Below, in pieces: positions 15,566-28,826 of a stretch of 64,000 bases of DNA. Position 1 is the first letter of the stretch. Every line of letters begins with the position of its first letter. The stretch comes from Octopus vulgaris (taxonomy: Eukaryota), in NCBI GenBank assembly GCA_951406725.2, contig OX597818.1, positions 32,240,001-32,304,000 on the forward strand, written 5' to 3'. The position numbers and the translations under genes were made by a program. The notes beneath the pieces are model-generated. The model was not told the origin of the DNA. It made no database searches and saw nothing but the letters and a program-made list of their open reading frames with translations.

Positions 15566-15947
15566 GTGGAAGCACTCCGTCGGTTACGACGATGAGGGTT
15601 CCGGTTGATCCGATCAACGGAACAGCCTGCTCGTGAAATTAACGTGTAAGTGGCTGAGCACTCCACAGACACGTGTACCCTTAACGTAGTTCACGGGGAT
15701 ATTCAGCGTGACACAGAGAGTGACAAGGCCGGCCCTTTGAAATACAGGTACAACAGAAACAGGAAGTAAGAGTGAGAGAAAGTTGTGGTGAAAGAGTACA
15801 GCAGGGATCACCACCATCCCCTGCCGGAGCCTCGTGGAGCTTTAGGTGTTTTCGCTCAATAAACACTCACAACACCCGGTCTGGGAATCGAAACCGCGAT
15901 CCTACGACCGCGAGTCCGCTGCCCTAACCACTGGGCCATTGCGCCTC
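15566..15947 (-). mobile_element. SINE family C, full length, 13-bp TSD
   Basis: tRNA-like head GGAGGCGCAATGGCCCAGTGGTTAGGGCAGCGGACTCGCGG..TTCGATTCCC; CTGGTCAATATAT at 15553-15565 and 15948-15960; near-identical to 37451-37846. Confidence 0.95.
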
Positions 15948-17035
15948 CTGGTCAATATATACCCTGTGCCAATAAAAGCTTCTTTTTCGCATGGCACATA
16001 TGAGAAGGGCACATATTTGCTTGAGACCCCCCATCCCGCTGCTGTCTCCAGTTATCGGTTCGGTGCTTCCCGTTTCTATATTCAAATATGTAGTACTAAT
16101 GTTACAGTAGCATCGGTTCTAATATTACATTAGTAACAGAAACGTTAAGTGTAGTCGACCTGAAGAAAAGTATTTCCTGACTTGAATTTAATCCTATGCT
16201 CGCTCTTAATCTTTCCGATAATGTATATAGAAACCTTAAGATAGGATTAAGCTACAGCCAGCCCACGTTAAACAGTATACTACTTCCAACTCTAATCACT
16301 ACCAGCGGTTTTTTTTTAATTTCCTCCGAGCTATACACGTGTAACTAGAACCCTTCAATCAGTCTTAAAGATGGTAAGGATTATCTTTGGGTTAGGTATC
16401 TGCTTTGCAAATCATCTTGTAAAGATTACTGATTGATTCTACGTAACCACAACATGTAAACCGTGTACTGATAACATTTTTTGCTCCGATTGCAGGCCGT
16501 CTTGTAAAGAGAAGTGGTCGTAATTTTCCTGCTATCAAACGAAATATAAATCTGTCGATATTGATCTTTTTGCTTAATTATTTTCTGTTTAGACGTTGTT
16601 TTATAATTAATATAAAAGAAAATTCATATGTTATGTGTAATTTAAGGGGAAAAAAATAGTTTCATTAGATAAATTAGTGCTGTGTTTTAATTGAAAGATT
16701 GTTAATTATATATATATAATTATATATATACTGCAAACAATTATTGATATTTACGTATCAGCGATTCTCGGTCATACAATCATTATGAAATGCTATTTAT
16801 AATTGCATATGTGAATAGTAATTTGAACATGAAAAAGGATTGTTTTTCTCTCCTCTGAATCAACAACTATTTGCCTTACAATCTCTCTTTTGAAATTTAT
16901 TAAGACATTGATATCTTATGAGAATTACTATTCTTTGCTGCTGAAGCTGCTACTACTACCACAAGGGCATAGATTTGCGACCCTAATTTTTTATTTAGTT
17001 CTCATTTAATTCCATGTATAAAAGTTTCTGACTAT

Positions 17036-17665
17036 AAGTTGAGTGGTTCTAGCAGAATCGTTAGTAAGTCAGACAATTAGCGGCACTTCGTCCTGTTATT
17101 TACGTTCCAAGTTCAAATCCCACCGAGTTCAACCTTGCTTTTTATGTTTTCGGGGTCGATAAAATTTAGTTAGTCAAGTCCTGGGATCTTTTCGGTTTGA
17201 ACGGCAGTTTTTAAAAATAATTTCCACGTAACTAAACACTTTTAAACTTCGTATACTGGTAGAATGTGTTTATAAAACATCTTTTTCTCTTGGCTTTATT
17301 CAGAAAATTCTATAGTTTGTAAGATATTTGTTGTTTTTTTCTTCAATTTCTGCAATTTCAACCTATCAATGACGTCTATTGAGGTGAAAACATTCTGTGC
17401 CGTATGAATATGTCCCTCGTTTAAGAAACAGATTGGGTTTATTTACATTTGTGAAGAAAAAAAGATACCCTTCCCCTGCCCCTAACCCTAACACTAAAAC
17501 AGATTGAAATGCAATAGATCGATACTAGGGTCATAATTATGGGTAACAATTTCATATGACACCGCTAGAAAAAACTGTCGTTCAAACCGAAAGATCCAAG
17601 TCCTGGAGTCAGTATAAGCTTCTAATATCCTCTCCTTAAAATCGCTGGATCTGTGTTAGTAAGTA
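17036..17665 (+). mobile_element. Degenerate SINE family B interrupted by a MITE
   Basis: B head and core to 17183; the tail resumes at 17598. Confidence 0.75.
17184..17597. mobile_element. 414-bp MITE with GG-ended TIRs and 8-bp TSD (superfamily uncertain, Merlin-like)
   Basis: TIRs GGATCTTTTCGGTTTGAACGGCAGTTTTT / AAAAACTGTCGTTCAAACCGAAAGATCC; AAGTCCTG at 17176-17183 and 17598-17605. Confidence 0.9.
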
Positions 17666-18414
17666 GTTATTTCATGTTGTGAACACACATACTGCAGTCA
17701 ATAAACTATCACTTGCACAGCTGCGTGCTCCACCTTTGTGTCAAACTAGAAATATGCGAGCGAGAAGACGTGAACGTGGCCACTAATATTATTAGAAGCA
17801 CCTAGATAATCTCCTGCATCACAATCAACAGCTTTTAAAAAAAAAAGACCATAATTGAATTGTGCAGCCCTGAACATTTAAGATGAGTTTATTACGACTG
17901 AAAAACCTTTGAATTATGGGACTGCTCGATCAGAACCTGACCAGGAGTTAAATATATATTTTTATGTACGTAAAAAAGATAGAGGAGGGAGTGTTTCTTT
18001 TAGTGTATAGATATATTACGAGTTGGCATGTATAGTATATTTGTGTGTTCTTGAGCAGTATTCATATTCCCTTTAGAAACAAGTTTAATTCGATATGAAT
18101 AGAGCTACGATGAAGCAAAAAAACGTAGCTGTTTTATAACTCTTGTTTTTGTCAAGAAGATGTTTATAGCTATTTTTGTAATTATTCGACTTGTTAAAAA
18201 CGTATCGATAATGGTGTATGACACGTCGGTATATTCTTGTTAAAATATGTTCATAAAATATCCGAATACATTTGTCGATACATGTTGGTTCATTGAAATT
18301 GCATACCACTGTTTCTTTATACACGGTCTCACTTTCTCTCTTAAACCATTTATATTTCATTTGTACCATGCTCATAAAAGTAAATACTTTTTCTTAAGTA
18401 TTACGAATATCAGT

Positions 18415-18600
18415 TTCACATTTTGGTACAAAGCCAGCAATTTTGGGGAGGGGATACGTCGATTACAGTGTTCAACTGGCTCGTATTTTATCGAACCTGA
18501 AACGATGAAAAGCAAAGTCAATTTGGACTTACAACCTAAATTCGGACAGAATGCCGCTAAGCATTTTATTCGGCATGCAAACGATTCTGCTAACTCGCAG
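18415..18600 (-). mobile_element. Degenerate SINE family B
   Basis: GATGAAAAGCAAAGTC..GCCGCTAAGCATTTT..AACGATTCTGC. Confidence 0.7.
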
Positions 18601-20104
18601 AATATTATGACTACCGAGAAGTGGTAAAGTGGCGAGCCTTTGACAATTCGAGCCTGCGATGCATTTTCTAATATAAATTGAAACCGTTTTATCCATCTTT
18701 CGTTTCTAGTATCCTTGGGACAAGTTCTATTTTATCATTTCTAGCTCTTCTAAAATATAGGACCAGTTCATCTGACAAAAATAAGAACCTAAATGTTACC
18801 ACCTTTTACTTTTATATTATTTGTTTTTTTTTTCTTTCCTTTCATTTTTATGCCATCTTTTATACTCTTTCAATTCCTCTCAACAATTTTCTATTTCGCC
18901 TCCATAACTTCTATTCTTCCTTTTGTCATTGTTCCACAAATCGCTCTCATCCTTCTCATCACCATTTTATAATAATACATTTTTTCGTTTTTTGATTCAC
19001 CCTTCACTCTGAATAGTTTTTTTGTTCTTGTTTTTTTTCCCCCTCTTCAACTACCGATGCCGTCTCTCCCACAAATTACCCCCTTTTGCTTACTTATACC
19101 ATACCTACCTACTTCTCATACTACAACCAGAAATGCCGCTCCTCTCCACTACGCCCTTCACTTTCTCCATTTCCTTTTAATTGTATATCTCTTTTATTCA
19201 AGGTAAAAAATTTTACCCATCACGCACAGCGACTCGACTTTATTGTCATTTCTTCTATCCACTCCTGTCATCTCTGCTTATTAAGTCCTCTTCCTTTTGT
19301 CCTTTTCTTCTTAATTTTCCCCAGCACTACCACTACTACCCAAACCTACATTTCAGTTTCTTTTCCCTTCTATTCGTACCGCATCCTCTCTTCAATTGGT
19401 CACAAGGCAGAGACAGACAGTCACTCGACATAACTGCTCTGAGAGCGGCGCCATGCACTATTGCAAACTATAGGCGACAGCTGCACATCCATCTGCCGAG
19501 AGCTACCAAAAGGTTATCTTCAAATATACAAGAGAATGGGGAAAAGACTTACACTGTGGTGAAGCGTAATGAGGCATAGATAATACATCAATTCTTGTAT
19601 CGATGCATGTAGCACGTGGCATACGTGTATGCGTAATATATGTTTGTATACAGCTATTCATCAGTACTAGCTTGGATGCACGAAACTAATAGATGTATTT
19701 TTCGTAAATCTTAAATTACGACACACATTCAAATGAATACATGCTTACATACGTGTATACAGATGATGATCAAGAAAAATTCGGCAAGACATAAACTGAA
19801 AATGGAGTACAGAACATAGAAGGATGGTACTAAAACTAATGCTTCCAGGCTTTTAATCCTTTAACGATTCTCGATTATAAGACATCCCTATATATGTCAG
19901 TTACTGGATTTATTGAGACATTCTAAGCCGGGCATTCTACCGTAAACTAAAATTATCCGAATTAATCCAACATATATTAGCTGCATTATTTTGATTAGTT
20001 AAAACGAAAACCCAGAGAATGCACCATATTGTATTACTGGTACCGATTTCATTAATTCCACGACTGAAAATGCAGCCAGTCTGCTCGCTATTTATATATA
20101 TACA

Positions 20105-20410
20105 CTATAGCCTCGGGCCGACCAAAGCCTTGCGAGTGGATTTGGTAGACGGAAACTGAAAGAAACCCGTCGTATATATGTATGTGTGTGTGTGTGTCTG
20201 TGTGTGTGTTCGTCCCCCAACATCGCTTCACAACCGATGCTGGTGTGTTTACGTCCCCATCACTTAGCGGTTCGGCAAAAAAGACCGATAGAATAAGCAC
20301 TAGGCTTACAAAGAATAAGTCCTGGGGTCGATTTGCTTGACTAAAGGCGGTGCTCCAGCATGGCCACAGTCACATGACTGAAACGAGTAAAACAGTAATT
20401 GAGTAAAAGA
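20105..20410 (+). mobile_element. SINE family A, 5'-truncated
   Basis: CTATAGCCTCGGGCCGACC through the GAGTAAAA tail. Confidence 0.9.
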
Positions 20411-20943
20411 ATATATGCGTACACATATCTATCTGCCTGCCTGTCTGTCTGTCTTTTTCAAGGAAAGGGAGGGTTGGCAGTGATTTTCGAAGTTTCTGAT
20501 TATTCGTCTTCATCAGGCGAGAAGCTCAAATTCTTCAAAGTTACTGTCAACCATTTCTCTTTAAAAGTTAATACGTAATGTAAAAAAAAAAGATGTTAAA
20601 TAAACCTTTATTTTAGCGTTAAATTGCTTTTTAAAAATGTAAATTTATAGCTTGACATGAAAACAAACATTGTATAAACACAAATGACAAGTAAATTTTA
20701 AACGCCATTTGCGTATACTAATTATGCTTGTGAGTCGGACCTAGGGTTACAAATTGGATTTGGTACTTGCATATATCTACGCTATCCTGCCAACACATGA
20801 AGTCTTCAACGTTGCTTGTTTATTTCACTGCGAGCTCTATATTACCTGACCTGACCATTTCTGGCGTCGTATGAGTTGATGTGCCTTGATTCTTAAAAAT
20901 CCTCATTACAAAATTGCATGTATGTTTATCCATCCATCCATCC

Positions 20944-21014
<71 letters not shown>

Positions 21015-21032
21015 CATCTATCCATCCATCCA

Positions 21033-21088
<56 letters not shown>

Positions 21089-21929
21089 GTCCATTAACAA
21101 CAAACTTGTTACTCGAAATGAACGATGGTGGTTTAAGAAATACTGAATAACAAGAATGTTTCATTTATCCGTGTTCGTTACAAGAGCCGTGATCCTAATC
21201 AAGTGTACATATTCAATGAGCCCATCCTTCTTAAAGCATGTATCTCTATATAGTTAATTTGACTGATGTGCAGCAGGATGCCGGCGCCACGGCGAATACG
21301 TGTGTGTGTGTGTTGTATCAGGTGTATATATATATTTATGATAAATGCATTGATATATTAATAAACAGATACACACGATCGTTATTTAGACAGATAAAGT
21401 ATTCTGTATAGATTTATTGATAATTACTGTCAATCCTGTTCGTTGTTAGTAATTACCTACCATTCTTCCAGTTATGGAGTTACTTCCGAGAATATCTGAT
21501 AAATCGATTTATCGATAAAAGGAAAATAAATGTAATCGGATTAGGATGGATAATGTAGACATTTTTGTTCTATTTATTATTTATGTCGTTACCAGCATTA
21601 GCTTCGAATAACAAGACTATTGTGAATGGTTTACTTTTACTTCATATAATATAATACAAACATTGGGAGACTAGACACGAGAAAATGGGACAAAATTGGG
21701 ACAAACTCTCGGAAACAGACGATAATTTCTTCAGTTTAACCTGTAAATATATATCCAAACATTGGCTTAACAAGCTAAAATCAACTTGGAAAGAGCAGCT
21801 TATATATTGCTCGTCTACTCTTTCACCGGCTTGAGTCAATAAATTTCTGTATACTGGGGTACCGTTTTAATGGTATTAGTCGTTCAAATCCAGCTCTGTA
21901 CTTATTTTTATGTATTTATTATTATTATT

Positions 21930-22254
21930 CAGTAGTTTTATTTTTATAGCGTGCTTTCACTTCACTACCGAGCGCAGCTCTGTGTGCCTTGGGTATGTGC
22001 TGTGATTTGTTGTGATGCTCTGATGGTTATTGTATGGAAAGTGTTCTGCGTAGGATGTGTGCAGTGCCTAGTAGTGCAATTTTCTGTATGTTATATGTGT
22101 TTGTAAGTTTTGGTGTTTTTGTTATGTATTTGTCTGAATATTTTTTTATCATGCCTAATGCACCTACTATGATAGGAATTGTTTCTGTTTTCAGATTCCA
22201 CATTCTAGTTACCTCTATTTCCAGGTCTTTGTATTTTGAGAGTTTCTCCATTTC
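21930..22254 (-). mobile_element. 5'-truncated RLE-type non-LTR retrotransposon (R4/Dong-like): ORF C-terminus plus 3' UTR
   Basis: ORF 22027-22251 EKLSKYKDLEIEVTRMWNLKTETIPIIVGALG..IQKIALLGTAHILRRTL fits the EK..KY.DL..E..R.W..P+++GALG..QK..LLGT..ILR end of restriction-like endonuclease elements; (ATT)n on both sides. Confidence 0.85.
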
Positions 22255-22315
<61 letters not shown>

Positions 22316-22401
22316 TTATTGAACTTTTTGCCGAACTGCTAGCTTACGGCGACATCAATCCATGCATGAATCGACATGGATTGTCAATTCGTGCCACTTA
22401 G

Positions 22402-22570
22402 AGGGTGGCGTTCTGGCAGAATCGTTAGCACGCCGGGCAAAATGCCTAGTTGCATTTCGTTCGTCTTTACGTACTGAGTTCAAATTCCACCGGGGTCGTC
22501 ATTGCCTGTCATCCTTTCGGAGTCAATGAAAAAAAAAATACCAGTTGAGCAGTACTGAGGTCAATGTAAG
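22402..22570 (+). mobile_element. SINE family B
   Basis: CTGGCAGAATCGTTAGCACGCCGGGC..GAGTTCAAATTCC..CATCCTTTCGG. Confidence 0.8.
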
Positions 22571-22660
22571 TTGGAAGTTTCGATTTGCTCGCCTTCATCA
22601 GGCTGATGCAGGCAAGACTACGAACTCACTATCAGACTTTTTCTTGAACAAAGATTTATG

Positions 22661-22707
<47 letters not shown>

Positions 22708-23329
22708 CACACATATGTGCGTGTGTGTATATGTACGTGTTTGTATGTGTGTGTATAACGTATAATTTGTGGATGTCTGTTTTGTAAATGTCAGTACGAT
22801 GGATGAATGTATACATGAACACTTCTCTCTCTCTCTCTCTCGCTCACACACTCACTCACACACACATACACGCACATATACCAACAAAAAGCCCCTCACT
22901 GTGCGTATGCTTATGTATATATATTTATACACATTCAGGAGTTAAAGTTTACGTGCGTGTCTGTGCAAAAATGTATTAGTTATACATTGAATTGGCGACA
23001 TAAGTAAACCAAAGTTGGAAAATATCAGCGGTATGCTTGGTGGACAATGAGGAGGCTGTAATATAAGTCACAATTATCCTTTTACAAACTAGACCTTTCA
23101 CATGTATATCGACAAATCTGTATTGACATTATAACAATGTAAACGTTGTTAGCACGCCCAATTCCTTAATGAAGTGGCGACTGGAGCCAAGCGTGTTACC
23201 ATCTAGAGAGAATCAAATCCGAGTTGTAGTTTCCTTTCTTGCCGGCAATGGAGCGACATATTTTATGTATACGTTCGTTAGTGTATCTACATTGTATAAA
23301 TCATGCATGTGTCCTCATATATGTATATA

Positions 23330-23685
23330 TCGTTACGTTCTGAGTTCAAATTCCGTCGATGTCGACTTTGTTAAGCACTGGGCTCGATGTTATCGACTAG
23401 CTCCCTCCCGCAAAATTTCAGGCTTTTTGCCTATAGCAAAAGGTTTATATATATTTGTATAGGCGGCGAGCTGGCAGAATCGTTTGCTCGCCAGGTAAAA
23501 TGCCACGAAGTATTTCGCCCGTCTTTAGCTCTGAGCTCAAATTACGCTGAGGTCGACTTTGCCTTTCATCCTTGCAGGGAGGGGGTCGATAAATTACGTA
23601 TCCGTGAAACACTGGGTCAATGTACTCGACTAGTCCGTTCCCCTAAAATTTCTGGCATTGTGCCTTCAGTAGAAAGGATTACATA
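23330..23685 (+). mobile_element. SINE family B: internally deleted copy followed by a full copy (23461-23685)
   Basis: GGCGGCGAGCTGGCAGAATCG head, GCCTTTCATCC core, CCCCTAAAATTTCTGGCATTGTGCC tail. Confidence 0.8.
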
Positions 23686-24314
23686 TATTTTTGTATGATG
23701 CTTTGGTCTTGCTTGTTGGCCCCGAAGTAGAAAACCTAAGATCAAAAGGCGTTATTAAAACTAGCAATTGAGGGAGTTGGTTCCTATTTTTGTAGGTCGA
23801 GCATACGTACTCAAATCTGAGTGGATCTCCATGCTAGATCTGTTTCCGCAGACTCATTATGAAAGGCGTTTTAGCTTCGAACACACTTTCTTCAAAGCTA
23901 CTTTTACCAGGTGCAAATGATTTAAGAGAGATTTTAGAGAGAGTCGACTGGTATTTCTAGCATATCGACTGATTACATAGAGGCTGTCTCGTTGGCTCGT
24001 CTGTCTCGACGTAAACAGATGCGTGTGAATGGTACTTAATTAATCGTCAGGATTCAATGAAGTCATTTTCAGTGTGTGTTCGTGCTAATAATTATTATAC
24101 TTTTATCTAAAATTCTTCCGATATATCTTTCTAGACTTCTCTCTTATGTATAAACATTCGTATCAGCAAACAAAAGAATTTTATGTAAATGACATGTTTT
24201 GGAAAGTAATGACTTCCTTGAATATAACAACACACTCACGCACACACACATGCGCACAGTCACAACATATAACTCGGGTGTAGACAGAAGAATCGTAGAG
24301 CTTTTATATATATA

Positions 24315-24362
<48 letters not shown>

Positions 24363-24606
24363 TCGTTTTTGGATTTGGTTTGCAAGATTCTTTATGTATG
24401 TTCATGTGTTGAAGCATATTCTGTTGTGTCTGGGGAGAGTCATTCTCTTTTAGTACTTTCTAATTTAACACACTCACCGGTAAGAATTTCCACTCATTTC
24501 CTTCTTTGTTTTTCCAAAATTTTCGTTGCGTCTTGCAACCTTTTCAATCGTTGTTGACTCTGTCCGTTATTCACGAGGTGTGAATGTGTGTGTGTGTGTG
24601 TGTGTA

Positions 24607-24662
<56 letters not shown>

Positions 24663-24771
24663 TACACCTGTGTGGAATATACACTATTTGTTGTGTTCTC
24701 GCATGCGTACATAGTATGAAATCACAAACGCACGCATAGATATCTATACAAACTTGCATATATACAGGTAC

Positions 24772-24930
24772 ATCTTTTACTTTTTACTTATTTTCATTCA
24801 TTGAACTTCGGCCATGCTGGGGTACCACATTGAAGGATCCAGTCGAATAAATCGACCGCAGTACTTTTTTTTAAGCCCAGTACTTATTCTATCGGCCTCT
24901 GTATCCGAGCTGCTAAGTTACTGAGGCGTT
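24772..24930 (-). mobile_element. SINE family A 3' part, degenerate
   Basis: CGGCCATGCTGG..AGTACTTATTCTATCGG. Confidence 0.7.
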
Positions 24931-27900
24931 TTAACTGAGGAAGGTCTTGCGTACTACATGCATTTCTTATTATATATAACGCAGACCTGATACGTACGTA
25001 CTAAATAATTTCTAAATACCATTATTTAGTTAGACAGTTCAACAATTTTGTCTGATGCGTTAATCATTCTGACAGCTCACCGCCTTACTCATTCTAGTCT
25101 ATCAAATTTTCATTTCCATGTTAACCCTTTATCATTCAAGATCGAATCTATTATCATCTTTTAACGAACGTCTGTGTTCTGTTCCTTATATTTTCGAATG
25201 AAGGGAGACTACCTGAAATTGTTTCGTACTAGACAAAAATCAAACTTGAAATTTATAGTTGATGAGATGTTTAAGATATTACTCGTTGACTTTTCACACA
25301 TTTTGAGAAACGAGAAAAAAAGAAAGGCAATTTAATGGAAGGAATGGAAGTTGTCAAAATCTGCTATATTCTTCTCTTGAGAGATTGTGGTTTCCTTTAT
25401 TCGTTCTTGTTTGTCCACACCACCACCACCACTATTTCCTTCAAACACACCACCACCACTACTAATATTTTCCTCACACTTTTTTATATTTCATCACATG
25501 CAACAGCAATCATTTTAGTTAAACGGGCAACAAGAAGCCAACAAATTGTAACAAAAGTATTTGTTACCAACAACCAGTTCACCCACTCCTCCTTCATCCT
25601 CTCCACAACCACCATGACGATCGCTATCACCAACCACCATTAAGTTGGAAAAAAGTGAAAGTATATAAAACAATAAGTGCACCGTTGCCGCCCCAGAATG
25701 CTTTGAACAGAAACTAAGTTCCTTTCAAACAATCGTAGAGAGAAATACTTTCATCTATTCTTTGCAACTAACATCGACACATGTGTACAGGTACATAAAC
25801 AAACATACAAATTTACGTCTTAGCACATCATTCTTCTACACAAGTATGTCCTTATATCTAATGAAACAACACCACACACACATCAACTGAACTGGAAGTA
25901 TTTCTTTCAAAATGCCAACTTTTAAAATTGCGTGATTTACTTTAAACGGGTTTTCACTCCGAATCATTGTTTTCGTAGAAGAGCAATTTTCATCTTAGTA
26001 TTAGAGTTGACTGAAATAGTTACACAAAGCATGGGAAATATTTTTCACAGAATGTACTATAATAAATTTTCCATTGGTGTTTTATTGCAGAACTGGAAGA
26101 AAAAAAAGAAAAAAAAACAACTTCTCATCAATTTTCGATCAGTCTTGAGTTCTTTCATTCTTGTTGAGACTGAGTTCCTGATCAATATTAAGGCAAACAG
26201 AAAATAATGAAATACTTCGTTAATACTATTCTTAGAAAGTCATCTTTGGATGTCTTTTGAGATACTTTATTCCCAAAAGGATACGAATGACCACAGGAAA
26301 AATTATCTTGATCGTGGGAATGAAACTAGGACCTTGTGATTTATATGCCTGCTTCTGAACCACTTAGGCAGCCATGTTTACATACACCCTTCCCACCTTA
26401 TCGTGATATATTCTCCAGATAACTCGTTTCGGCATATAATATGACAGAAAAGGAGACACGAATGATCACAGTTAGAATACCGAGTAGACGATCATGTTTT
26501 GTCACAGAAAGTTTAGAATTCAATTGAATACCATATCAAATTAGAAACTAGATTTCAACCAAATTACAGGCGATTTCTGAATATATTTTGTAAATTACCA
26601 GCATGGTTTTCAATTTCGTTTACTTTCTTGTACATTCCATTTCTTTTCGAACATTTTCTGCTTCCTTTTATGAAATTAAACTTGCATTCCTGATTATATC
26701 ATGTATGTATTTACCATCTATTTTATTCTCTCATGTAGTTTTACCTAAGCTCGGTTGAATACTTTTTTTTTGTTACAATAGAAACCAAATACAAATCATG
26801 TACAAAAAAAGAATTGATAAATAAAAACACTTCTGTAAATTACATGCTTTTATACATTTTTATAAATATTTCTTTAAAAGCTCTAAAAATATAACCCATT
26901 ATTTATGACCTTGGTTAATACTGCTCAGTCAAGAATCACACATGTTTCCTGGTTCAAACAGTCATTTCTCGTATCACCTATTATTTGGTGTATTCAATGT
27001 GACAGCGGAACCTAATTAAAGAAACATTAAGCTACGTAATTGTGGAAAAAATGCCTCCGTTTGTTTTGCGAGTTTGGCTTCTGTTTCTATTTTATTTCAC
27101 CCTTCTGGAATCAATCTAATTTAAACAGAATTAATAAGTTTATAAAGACAGCCTACGGTTACAGCAATATGATTATCTAATATGTATCTATGACAATATA
27201 GATGTGTGTGTGTTCGTGCGTGTGTGTTTGTGTGTGTGTCTGTGTGTGTGTGTGTGTGTGCGTGCGTGCGTGCGTGTTTGTGTGTGTATGTGTGTGTGCT
27301 CTCTGGGTGAGTGAGCAAAACAGAAATGTATGTTTTATTGGTGTTTATTTTATTTGAAACAAAACGTTCTAACGTGTTTATTAGTTTGGCGCTGGGACAT
27401 TTGAATGATGCAAGAGGGAATCGGGGCAAGTATCTGTGACATTCTGTGAAGTGGTGGTATATTTATTGGCGCTAATGACTTCAGTTACTGCCCTGAGATT
27501 ATATAGTGTGTAGTCCTGGAATTAATTAAGGAATGCCGGATTAATGTCAATTAAGACGAAATGTGTCAGATATGGTGGCGTACGAAATAACTCCGAATCG
27601 TATCCGTTTTAAAATGTGTGACTTTTAAGTGGCTAAAAGTTCCTTCCTGCTGACTTTAATATAAATTTCAGATGCAGGATCCTGAAGGCATCTAGTTAAA
27701 TACTGATGGAGGTTTTTGTAGACGGCATAAGTAATACATAGCCAATTCATAAAGACAATATACATTTGAAATTATGAACTTTTTATAATTTCTCTTTCTG
27801 TATATCTTTCTGTACATCCGTTTGCCTCTTCCTTTCTCCGTCTCTCTCTTTCTCTCTCCATTACACACGTAAATGTGGGTGTATATTTGTCGGTTGTCAG

Positions 27901-28029
27901 AATATATATAGCACAAGCTTCTGGAAACTGCGGTTTGGACATTTTTAGGAAACGATTGGATGCACAAGCACCTCTTGTGATGCGGCCTCCCATCTATTTT
28001 TACTGTACGGCGTAGACGTATTGCTATAT

Positions 28030-28390
28030 AGGCACAGCATGACTATATGGTTCAGTGATACTTCGTGACCACAAGGTCCTAAGTTCGAACCCTCTGTGTA
28101 GCTAGCACCTTGGGGAAAATGTCATTTTCCGTTGCCTCGGTTTTACCCATACCTCGTGAGTGAAACTAGATAGGCTGGAGCTATAAAAGTCCGTCGAGTT
28201 CATTGTACCTGTAATTCTCAAGTCACAACCTTGTCACACAATGTATCACGCTTATTCTGCTTGGGATTTTAAAGATTACACGTGCTTGTACAATACTCAA
28301 CTACTGACACATTAATTAATTGAAGAGCAAATAATTCAGTTGACCAAACAACTGAATCCTCATCATCGAACAACGGAAATTCACCACTAC
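28030..28390 (+). mobile_element. Old SINE with A-type head and C-type tail
   Basis: GCACCTTGGGG..GCCTCGG..CTCGTGAGTG (A-like) followed by TTGTACCTGTA..CCTTGTCAC..TACACGTG..CCTCATCATCG (C-like). Confidence 0.65.
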
Positions 28391-28565
28391 AAATAACACT
28401 TGGATCGATATAATCAGCTTATCCCTATCCCTCAGAATCGCTGCCCTTGTGCCAATATTAGAGAGAATTTTGAAAAACGAGATTTCATACTACAAAAAGC
28501 AAAATTAAAGAAGACGAAGCATAATGTTTTAGTTATCCTTCGACGTAGTTGAACAACTAAACTCC

Positions 28566-28826
28566 ATCATTCGGGATCTACTGTACAAGTTGTACTATTC
28601 ATCGTTTCGATCGACGAATTCGAAACGTGGCTTGCGAGACCTCCGTTCAAGTAATTTTCCGGAGTCACCATCTCACCCTTGTACGCAAAGTTACCATTTA
28701 CATTTGAATAGACGAGCGCAACGTTAAATGAAGTGTTTTGCTCAAGAACACAGCGCACGTCCAGTCAAAGAATCGAAGCCATGATTTCTTGATTGTGAAT
28801 GTAACATCCTAACCACTAGACCACGT
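28566..28826 (-). mobile_element. Degenerate SINE with D-type head
   Basis: AAGTGTTTTGCTCAAGAACACA..GAATCGAA..CCTAACCACTAGACCACG. Confidence 0.65.

Noticed and set aside
17479-17498. Interstitial telomere (CCCTAA)
   Set aside because: Only two to three units, internal to a MITE.
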